Source: Octopus vulgaris
Taxonomy: Eukaryota
Assembly (NCBI GenBank): GCA_951406725.2
Contig: OX597827.1
Coordinates: forward strand, 71,176,001-71,240,000
Length of the DNA: 64,000 nucleotides
Direction of reading: 5' to 3'
The notes below the pieces were generated by a model. The model saw only the letters and a program-made list of their open reading frames with translations. It was not told the origin of the DNA and ran no database searches. Below, piece by piece: positions 13,492-23,552 of this stretch (positions are counted from its first letter, which is position 1; each line of letters begins with the position of its first letter). The translations under genes and the position numbers were made by a program.

Positions 13492-13574
13492 AAGGCAGGA
13501 GGCGATGTGAAGCGACAAGGCAAGCCGGACCCATACGCCTACATCCAACTCAAACACACAGACCTCAATAAAAG
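13492..13574 (+). CDS. RRP12: RRP12-like exon
   Basis: ttacag|AAG..AG|gtaaac. KAGGDVKRQGKPDPYAYIQLKHTDLNKR contains the hallmark RRP12 'GDVK..G.PDPYAYI.L' motif. Confidence 0.96.
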
Positions 13575-13909
13575 GTAAACGATCCATTACTGAACATCAT
13601 TATTCTTATTTCTTTATAGCTCACAAGGGGCTAAACATAGAGAAAGCAAACAAGGACAGACAAAGGGATTAGGTCGAACCCCAGTGCGTAACTGGTACTT
13701 AATTTATTGACCCCTGAAAGGATGAAAGGCAAAGTCGACCTCGGCGAAATTTGAACTCAGAACGTAATGGCAGACCCGTATTTCGTCCGGCGTGCTAACG
13801 TCTCTGCCGGCTCGCCACCTTCGAACATCATTATTCTGTTGCTTTCTCTCTCACACACACACACCATTCAGGTGGTTCCTCTTTAAGCAGACTTGTCATC
13901 AAAACTACA

Positions 13910-14127
13910 TTTCGGCTGATATACCCTCCAGCCTTCATCAGGTGTCTTGAGAAAATTTCGAACCTGGTTCTCATTTCTAAGGTATTTTTCGATATTATTA
14001 TTATTCAGGTCACTGCCTGGAATCGAACTCAGAATCTTGGGGTTAGTAGCCCATGCTCTTAACCACTACGCCGTATGCCCCATGGGCATATGGCATAGTG
14101 GTTAAGATTCTAAGTTCAATTCCAGGC
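13910..14127. mobile_element. Second, truncated copy of the tRNA-head/hammerhead palindromic element in the last RRP12 intron
   Basis: Near-identical to 16741-16973, including the central junction ccgtatgccccatgggcatatggc. The minus arm retains ctgatga..cagccgaaa and a full B box gttcgattcc. Confidence 0.8.
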
Positions 14128-14956
14128 TGATGCCTTGAACAAAGCACTCTTTTTAATTCTGACACAATGTATCTACCAATACATTATCCAATATCCTCCC
14201 TGGTTGGTGCCATTTTGCTTCAGTGTACCTATGGCTTTGAGAACAGGATGAACATCATCACAACACTGTGTCTTTTCTAAGTGTGTAGTTCATTACCAGT
14301 TTACAAGGAATCCTGCTGAGATTATGTTTAACCTATTCCTGCCACAGCAGGAATACTGTGTGGCAGGGTTAAACCTCCATGCCCATGGAGGAAACAATTG
14401 TTAGTTAATATTTGCTGTGTAATTGAGAAGCTTGCTTCCCAACCATGTGGTCTTGTGTTCAGTTCCACTTTGTGGCACCTTGGCCAAGTATCTTCAACTA
14501 TAGCCCTGGGTCAACTGAAGCTTTGAGTAGATTAGATTCACAGAAACTGAAAGAAGCCTGTCTCGTATATATATGTCTTGACATCGTGTCATGGGTGTAC
14601 ATGAGCATCAATTATCATACAAGTGGCATTGTTTGTCTCCAATCTTCCATAAAAATATGTCTGGTCATGAGCAAATATTATGTTGCCTGGTAACTGGTGA
14701 TGGTTGGCAACAGGAAGAGCATCCTGCCTCAGTGGATTCCATCTGACCCATGCAAGTATGGAACAAGTGGCTGTTTCATGGTGATGATTTTACATTATCA
14801 GATATTTCTAAAGTAAAAGATATTGTCTCCATGATTTTTATATTATGTTAATTATATTATTTAGCTTGAAGACGCATTGAGTTATCGTGTATTGAAGATC
14901 AAACCGTCTTTATTCCATTTTGTTATGTTTCCTTCTATTTTTTTCTCTTTTTGCAG

Positions 14957-15056
14957 AAAACGTTCTAAAATGAAGGGCAAGTTCAAAGGTTTGTTGGATG
15001 GTGCAAAGAAGGGAGCAACAAAGGGTTTAAAATTGAAGTCAAAAGGTCGCAAATGA
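14957..15056 (+). CDS. RRP12: RRP12-like terminal coding exon
   Basis: ttgcag|A..TGA. KRSKMKGKFKGLLDGAKKGATKGLKLKSKGRK*, similar to 'KMKLQGQFKGLVKAARRG'. Confidence 0.93.
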
Positions 15057-15899
15057 TCAAAACTGAAGATTGTGTGTACAATGAAATATATATATATATA
15101 AATATATAATCTTATTATTGCTGTTTGTTTTTGTATTTAATATTCACCTTGAAACTCTGACACTTTGATTTTCAAAATTCTTTTCTAACTCTTAAGAATC
15201 TTATATCTCTGTTTCCATGTCGGAATTGACTGGTCATGACTATTTTGGATGCTGACCATTTTTATGTCAACAGTACATCTTGGCACTGGAGGCGTCCACT
15301 TGCAGAAATATAGAGAGAAATAGAATGACCTTACAAGCATAACTAGATATTCATAGATATAAATAGAACAAAAGAAATTTTAGCACAAGGCCAGCAGTCT
15401 TGAGGGGTTAAGTTGATTACTTGACCTCAGTGTTCAACTGGTACTTATTTTGTGGACCCGGAAAGGATGAAAGACAAAGTAGACCTCAGCAGAATTTGAA
15501 CTTGCCGCTAAGCATTTTTCCTGGTGTGCTAACGGTTCTGCCACCTCACGTCCTAAAACGAGAGAAATATTTAAATGTCTGATGTCGAGTAAGTCGGCAT
15601 CAAATCAGCGATGCCGGACATCACGTACCCCTTCCATGCCATCTCCTCCTCTGTCTCTGACATCCATTCCTTTCTCTCTCTCTCAACAATCGCACACACA
15701 CATAGATGCAACCAGTTGTTGCCATGCCAACAGATCAAACAACACTCAGTTGATATTTATTTACAGTAAGTTTATTACAAATGTTGACTCTGTTCCGGTC
15801 TGCTGGTTCTTGCTCTTCTGTCTTCCAATCCATCAGGGTTCTTCTGGAATGACAAGCAGAAATAACAACGAATTCAGTTTAATGTTAACTGGTTTATAG

Positions 15900-16462
15900 T
15901 ATCACGGCTACTGTTGCAGTACAGGCGGTGAGCTAGTGTTGCGGCTTCCACTGCAGTACAGGTGGTGAGCTAGTCTCATGGCTACCTATTTCTTTATTAC
16001 CCACAAGGGGCTAAACATAGAGGGGACAAACAAGGACAGACATAGGTATTAAGTCGATTACATCGACCCCAGTGCGTAACTGGTACTTAATTTATCGACC
16101 CCGAAAGGATGAAAGGCAAAGTTGACCACGGCAGACGAAGTACCGCAAAGCATTTCGCCCGGTGTGCTAACGCTTCTGCTAGCTCGCCGCCTTATGCAGT
16201 ACAGACGGTGGGCTAGTGTTGCAGCTACTGTTGCAGTACAGACGGTGAGCTAGTGTCACGGCTACCGTTGCAATACAGACGGTGAGCTAGTCTCACGGCT
16301 ACCGCTGCAGTACAGGTGGTGAGCTAGTGTCACGGCTACCATTGCAGTACAGACGGTCAGCTAGTCTCACAGCGACTGTTGCAGTACAGACAGTGGGCTA
16401 GTGTCATGGCTACTGTTGCAGTACAGACAGTGAGCTAGTGTCACAGCTACTGTTGCAGTAGA
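15900..16462. repeat. 35-37-bp minisatellite (about 10 units) interrupted by a SINE
   Basis: Unit gtgtcacggctactgttgcagtacagacggtgagcta. Confidence 0.85.
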
Positions 16463-16729
16463 TGTGGTGTAGCACAGTGATCGCGTGCCACTTTCATTTA
16501 GAGCCATTCAGTTCTTTTCATCAGCCGTTTGTGTTTATCACCATCCTTTAAAATTACCACTAACCAGGTTATTCAGCACTTCTTACTAGGACATCAAGCC
16601 TTTGTTCCAGGTTAAAAAGGTAAAATGAGGTTCATTACAGCTGTGAAAGTGGGAAAATATTGGACAGTAATACTGTGACAGTTCTATATTTAAGAGATGA
16701 GGAATTATGTACTCATCTCGTTTGTTGTT

Positions 16730-16775
16730 AACACAACGTTTTGGCTGATATACCCTCCAGCCTTCATCAGGTGTC
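16730..16775 (-). ncRNA. Mirror copy of the hammerhead motif with a G12A substitution (probably inactive)
   Basis: Reverse complement reads gacac ctgatga a ggctg..cagcc AAAAc gtt gtgtt, so GAAA has become AAAA at a CpG. Confidence 0.65.
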
Positions 16776-17046
16776 TTGGAGAAATTTCAAACCTGGGTTC
16801 TCATTCCTAAGGTATTTTTCGATATTATTATTATTCAGGTCACTGCCTGGAATCGAGAATCTTGGGGTTAGTAGCCCATGCTCTTAACCACTACGCCGTA
16901 TGCCCCATGGGCATATGGCATAGTGGTTAAGAGTATGGGCTACTAACCCCAAGCTTCTGAGTTTGATTCCAGGCAGTGACTTGAATAATAATAACAATAT
17001 CGAAAAATACCTTAGGAATGAGAACCCAGGTTCGAAATTTCCCCAA

Positions 17047-17092
17047 GACACCTGATGAAGGCTGGAGGGTATATCAGCCGAAACGTTGTGTT
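17047..17092 (+). ncRNA. Minimal type-I hammerhead ribozyme motif (PLE-type, helix III reduced to ACGU palindrome)
   Basis: GACAC-CUGAUGA-A-GGCUG(gagggtatat)CAGCC-GAAAC-GUU-GUGUU: stem I GACAC/GUGUU, stem II 5 bp, intact core, NUH triplet GUU at 17085-17087. Confidence 0.75.
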
Positions 17093-20000
17093 ATCAACAA
17101 ACAAGATGAGAACAAATATCTATCAAATGTAAATAATGTAGTAATACTGTGATTATTAACAATAACATGTGAGACTGGACACTAGAGATTTCAGTCAATG
17201 AATTGTGACTATACTGGGGAACCCCTTGAAGAAGGGCTTAGTCAAACCAATCAACCCCAGTACTTATTGTCACACACCCACATTATATATATATGTATGT
17301 ATGCATGCATGTGTGCGTGTATGTAATATATATGTATATGTGTATATATATATGCATGCATACATACACACACACAATGGATTTCTTTCCATTTACATCT
17401 ACCAAATAAACTCGCAACGCTTTGGTCAGCCTGGGGCCATAATAGAAGACACTTGCTCATGGTGCCAAACAGTGAGACTGAACCCACAAATATATGTGAG
17501 CTGTAAGAAAATACATTCAATAGTGTTTTTTAAGATAAATGGTAAGCAAAGACAGTGTAGGGTAGAGGGGAGCTTTTAGTCTTAGTGAAGACATGGTAAC
17601 TTCTCTAATGCTGGTGCCTTCATAAAATACACCCAGAACCTCCATTGAAGAGGTTGGTATTAAGAAGGGACATCCAGCTACAGAAACCTTACTTAGTCAT
17701 CCAATCCATCTACAGGAGCAGGAACTGAAAATATGAATCAACTCAAGGACCTGTCCAACCCATTGCAGCCTGAAAAACATGTTGATTGATGGGGAGGGTA
17801 TAGAATAACAACTATCAACTAGGGTCCACTTAAGATTTTGTTGTTTAAGTTTATGCAATAAAATGTTTATATTTCTACTGTACAAAAAATATTAAAATTT
17901 TTAAAAATACAATTCCTAATAATATTTAATTATAAAAAATGTATAATGGGATTTTTTTTAAAACATTGAATGACTAAAAAGGTCCATCGAGGTACAACAG
18001 GAATCAAAGGGATACAGAGGTAAAAAATGGTTAAGAAACACTGATACAGAGTTAAGATGATATATTATTAAGCTGTCAGAATTAAACAAAAATAAGAGAT
18101 CTTAGTGTAGCTAGTGGCATGTGTTTAATAACATGGACAAATACAGGTATTTCAAATACCAGGTAACAAAGATTTGATTTATTAAAATTATCTTCACCTC
18201 TAGAGGCTGTGTCATAGTTACCAAACGGTCATTAAGACCAGCTCCATATGAGAAGGGGAGAGAGCCTTAAGAATTTCCCCAAAATTGACCTGCCATCAGC
18301 ATGACAATTGTCTTACCTTCAGTAGCCATGGGATTGCAACATACACGAAAAGCCTAGATAGCACAATTTAAATGAAAATGAGCTGAGAGAAGTATCTCGC
18401 AGTGGCCAGTGATATGTACTTGAAGAACATAGAAAATACAGACATAAAAACTACCATAACTCAGATATAAGGAGCTCAGTGCAATGTTTCAGTCCTAGCA
18501 ATAACCAACATCAACAATTTCTCATATAGGCACCAAAGACATAACATTAAGAGCTGTGTCTTCACTAAGCTAGGCTTTTTTTTGTCAACTGCTACCACTA
18601 CAGAAGCTTGTGTCCATCAAAGCTGGCTAGCTGGTGGTCTTGTGCCACCTCTACTCAGGCACTTATGGCTCAGTTGTCTCATTGTCCCTATTGTATCCAT
18701 CCCTAGGCTCAGTTTGTTCCTTCTCGAGACATGCCTGGGTCATAAGGGCCGGTTTCATTGACGTATAGGTTCCCCACCTGGACGGGTCGCCGGTCTGTCA
18801 CAGGTGAGCTGCAAGATGCAGGAGGAAAGAGTGAGAGAAAGTTGTGGCGAAAGAGTCAGCAGAGGTTCGCCATTACCTTCTACTGGAGCTGCATGGAGCT
18901 TAGGTGTTTCACTCATAAACACACACATCGCCCAGTCTGAGAGGACCAAAATTAAATTACATTGATCTCATCCATCCCAGAAAATCTAATGCTGCAGACA
19001 TTAGCTCTTTCCTCAGCTCAACCCATTAAATAAAAGGAAAAATCAATCAAATGTGATACACTGGTCAGGACAGGTGTATTATTTTATTGATCCAATAACT
19101 TATTGTATTTGATAGCATATTAATATGCACTGCTTTTGATAAAGAAATCACCCTGGGCCCTATAAGTGAACCTGCTTTTTGCCCCTTAGCATTCAGATTA
19201 TCATTCAACATCCACCTACCATGCTGGCATGGGTTGGATGGTTTTACAGGAGCTGGTAAGCCAGAAGACTACCAAACTTCACTCAGCTTTGACAGCTGGA
19301 TGCCCTTCCTAACACCAATCACTTTACAGAGTGGACTGGAAGCTCTTTACATGGCCCCAGCAAAGTCTGTAATGCTTATTCATTCACAATGTTTTGAATT
19401 AATCATGCATTCAAGATTTTGGTGATGTGATTGCTTTCTGCTGGGTGGTCGGTGTTAAGAAGGGCATCCAGCTGTAAGAATCCTGCCAGAACAGTCACAA
19501 AGTCTGGTGCAAGCTTCTGCCTGGTCGACTCCTGTCAAACTGTCCCACTCATGCCAGCATGGAAGGCAGGCATTAAACAATAATGACATTGTAGGGTAGG
19601 TGTGAGAGGCCACATCTGACTGCTTTGAACGTAAAACAGGTAGAATATTTGGCCAGTTTAAATGCTAAAGGATTAAATAAAACTGGCACTCCGTTGGCTA
19701 TGACGAGGGTTCCAGCTGATCTGATCAATGTGATGGCCTACTTGTGAAATTAACATGCAAGTGGCTGAGTACCCCTCAGTCATGAGTACCCTTAATGTAG
19801 TACTCAAGGAGATTCAGTATGACAGAATATGACAAAGCCAGCCCTTTGAAATACAGGTACAACTCATGTTTGCCAGCTGAGTGGACTGGAGTAACATGAA
19901 ATAAAGTGTCATGCACAGCTGGGAATTGAACTCATGCTCTTATGATCACAAACCAAATACCACTAAGCCATGCACCTTCACTAAAGGATTAAATAATTCA

Positions 20001-21971
20001 TGCTTTAATGCACAAAAACCATTTTTTTCCTGAATATCTGCTGTTGAAATTAGAATGAATTTAATATGCCTATACGTCTTTCATACCATCAACTATGGTA
20101 ACCTTTGACCAGATTCCAACTCATTGTTGATAGAAATGAAAACAATCTCTGTAGAACCACTCGGCCACCATCATCATCATTTAACATCTGTTTTCCATGG
20201 GTTGGACAGTTTGACTGAAAATGGCAACAAATGAACATGATAGGATAAGTAACATGCTTAAAATAAGCACCGAGATCAATTTGTTTGATGAAACACTTCA
20301 AGGTGGTACTCCAGCATGGCCATAGTCCAGCTACACTTACTGTGGTTGATGAGGTTTACATCCTCATCAACTCTTTAAAGTGGAAACAGCACCAAGAAAA
20401 TTCCTTTCGCATTCTCAGCCATATCCATCATTGCTTGAAAAAAACCTGGGAGACATACCTGATGGACATTTTGTTTTATTGACGACAAAAGGGCGAAACC
20501 GTGGCAAGATTTGAACTCTGAGCATAAGTTCAACAACGCTTTTACAATGCAAGGATTTTGGGAAAGGGGGTTAATCAATTAAAATCAGTGGTTGCCAAAG
20601 TGGGCGGCAGAAAGATCAAGTAGGACAATGAATGTACCCCACCCACAAAGGGTTAATTGGCTTAAGTTTTATTTGTGGCATGTAAAAAGCACCATCCGAT
20701 CGTGGCCGTTGCCAGCCTCGCCTGGCCTCCGTGCCACGTAAAAAGCACCCACTACACTCACGGAGTGGTTGGCGTTAGGAAGGGCATTCAGCTGTAGAAA
20801 CACTGCCATATCAGACTGGTGCCTGGTGCAGCCTTCTGGCTTCCCAGACCCCGGCTGAACCGTCCAACCCTTGCTAGCATGGAAAGCAGACGCTAAACGA
20901 TGATGATGATGATGTTGTTTTGAATTTGCTGTAGAAAGAGGTCTGCGTTTGTAGAGGGCCCCTAGGAATATGGCTCGATTGTCAAGGGGACGGCAGCCTG
21001 AAATGTTTGGGAACTACTGAATTAAATCAACCATAGTGCTTGATTGGTGATTGATCCTTTTATTTTATCGGCACAAGGCCAGCAAATTTGGGGGGAGGAG
21101 GTAGGTTGATTACATCGACACCTCACCTCCCACCCACTGTCCAACTGGTACTTATTTTATTGACCCTGAAAGGACGGAAAGCAAAGTTGACTTTGACAGA
21201 ATTTGAACTCAGAATGCAAAGACAAATGAAATGCCATTGAGCATTTCGCCCGGCATGCTAACGATTCCATTTTTACTCTAGGCACAAGGCCTGTGATTTT
21301 GGGGAAGAGGGCCAATCAATTAGAGTGACCTCCAGTACGCAACCGGTACTTAATTTATCGACCCCAAAAGGATGAAAGACAAAGTCGACCTCGGTGGAAT
21401 TTGAACTCAGAACGTAAAGACAGACTCGCCCGGCGTGCTAACAACTCTGCCAGCTCACTGCTGCTTCGTTCCTTTATTCTGCTGAACACAAAAGTATGAC
21501 AGGCACCGTAGATCTCAATGGATCCAGAATACCAGAAACCACCTCACCTGACATTCTAGTGAGCCTACTACCCACTGTCCTTAACACTATATAATATACA
21601 AGCTAAAAAGGGAGGCCCTCTACATGGTAATTATCTGATAGAAATAGCAGCTGTGAAAATCTACTCTTTTACTTGTTTCAGTCATATGACTGTGGCCATG
21701 CTGGAGCACCGCCTCTAGTCGAGTAAATCAAGCCCAGGACTGCAATCTTGATGCTATAAAATAATGCGTGATTAATTCAAAACAATATGAATAAATAAGC
21801 AGAACATTTGATAGAGTAATCTGAATGCTAAAGGAGTAAAGCAATGAAGCAGTACATTACAAAACAGCAAAAGTGCCCTTAGCAGAAAACATTATTGTAT
21901 ATAAAAAGTAAGTTGGCAATTACAATTGAACATGAAGTAAGAAACCACAATAGTGAAAAAATCCTACATGG

Positions 21972-22946
21972 TTAACCCTTTTGATACCAACCCAGCTGAA
22001 ACCGGCCTTGGCTCTGTAGTACAAATGTCTTGTTTTCATAAGTTTTGAATTAAAATCTTCCACCAAACCTAAGTCACAATTCATGTTCCTAACACTAGCT
22101 TAATGATAACCAAGTTATTTTACTAAATTCTTTGTTATATTTAAAGTAATTGAAAGAAACTCAGAGCACCTCAAAATAAATACAGTAATGAAAGGGTTAA
22201 AATATATAATAGAGAAACAATTCTTAACCCTTTTGATACCAACCTGGCTGAAACCGGTCTGGCTTTGTAGTACAAATGTCTTGTTTTCATAAGTTTTGAA
22301 TTAAAATCCTCCACCAAACCTTAGTCACAATTTAGGTTCCTAACACTAGCTTAATGATAACTAAGTTATTTTACTAAATTCTTTGTTATATTTAAAATTA
22401 ATTGAAAGAAATACAGAACATCTCAAAATAAATACAGTAACAAAAGGGTTAAAATATATAATAGAGGAACAATTCTTAACTGTTTTGATACCAACCCAGC
22501 TGAAACTGCCTCTGGCTCTGTAGTACAAATGTCTTGTTTTCATAAGTTTTGAATTAAAATCTTCCACCAAACCTTAGTCACAATTTATGTTCCTAACACT
22601 AGCTGAATTTATTTTACTAAATTCTTTGTTATATTTAAAGTAATTGAAAGAAACACAGAGCATCTCAAAATAAATACAGTAACAAAAGGGTTAAAATATA
22701 TAATAGAGAAACAATTCTTAACCCTTTCGATACCAACCTGGCTGAAACCGGCTCTGGCTCTGAGTACAAATGTCTTGTTTTCTTAAGTTTTGAATTAAAA
22801 TCCTCCACCAAACCTTAGCCACAATTTATGTTCCTAACACCAGCTGAATGATAACTAAGTTATTTTACTAAATTCTTTGTTATATTTAAAATTAATTGAA
22901 AGAAATACAGAACATCTCAAAATAAATACAGTAACGAAAGGGTTAA
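21972..22946. mobile_element. Tandem array of four piggyBac-type (TTAA) MITEs
   Basis: Units of about 220-230 bp, TTAA-CCCTTT...AAAGGG-TTAA (left end of unit 3 mutated), separated by a 23-bp spacer aatatataatagag[a/g]aacaattc. Confidence 0.85.
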
Positions 22947-23552
22947 AGTAGTAAAACATGCAAGAAGAGAAAAAAGCAGAACACATTTCATAAAAAGCAT
23001 GATCCCACAATTAAACATAAATCACAGCAAAAACTTCAATCAGCTAGGGTGAAGGGACTGTCTGGATTAAAATCAGCCTATAGTAGAGAGCATCAGAGAC
23101 AAAATTAGCTTATGGGAGACTCAATTTTATATATAGGACCCAGACCCAGGGTGATACTCTGAGACATTATTGGGAGATGGGGGGTGCAGACACATTTAAA
23201 ATGCCTTCAGAGTGCTCTGCCGGGTTAGTATGATATGTTGTGGTGCTCAGCCCTCTTGTTAGTATATTTCTGTTCAAACACACTACCTTTTATTCTTTTA
23301 CTTGTTTCAATCTGCAGCCATGCTGGAGCACCGCCTTTAGTTGAACAAATCGACTCCCAGAACTTTTTTTTTGTAAGCCCAATACTTATTTAATCGGCCT
23401 CTTTTGCCGAACTGCTAAGTGACGGGGACATAAACACACCAGCATCAGTTGTCAAGCGATCGTGGGGCACAAAAACACACACACATATACGATGGGCTTC
23501 TTTCAGTTTCCGTCTACCTGACAACAAGTAGAAAGATAGATTTAAGAAAATG

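Larger units (their letters stand above)
16679..17139. mobile_element. Palindromic head-to-head element: tRNA-like Pol III head plus minimal hammerhead ribozyme (candidate PLE-dependent SINE)
   Basis: About 200-bp inverted arms centred near 16907. A box (tggcatagtgg/cggcgtagtgg) and B-box-like (gtt[c/t]gattcc) motifs. Hammerhead core in each arm. 13-bp TSD agtaatactgtga at 16666-16678 and 17140-17152. Confidence 0.8.

Noticed and set aside
2576-14956. Intronic snoRNAs in RRP12
   Set aside because: Scattered TGATGA/CTGA words exist, but I found no convincing C/D pair with a terminal stem and rRNA guide. A snoscan or Infernal run would be needed.
15900-16462. CRISPR-like array of 35-37-bp repeats
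   Set aside because: Units are contiguous without unique spacers, in a eukaryotic context with no cas genes. It is a minisatellite.
16910-16982. Possible functional tRNA gene (ACT anticodon)
   Set aside because: The acceptor stem and T-arm do not pair properly, there is no T-run terminator, and it is embedded in a repeat with a TSD. It is a SINE-like head.
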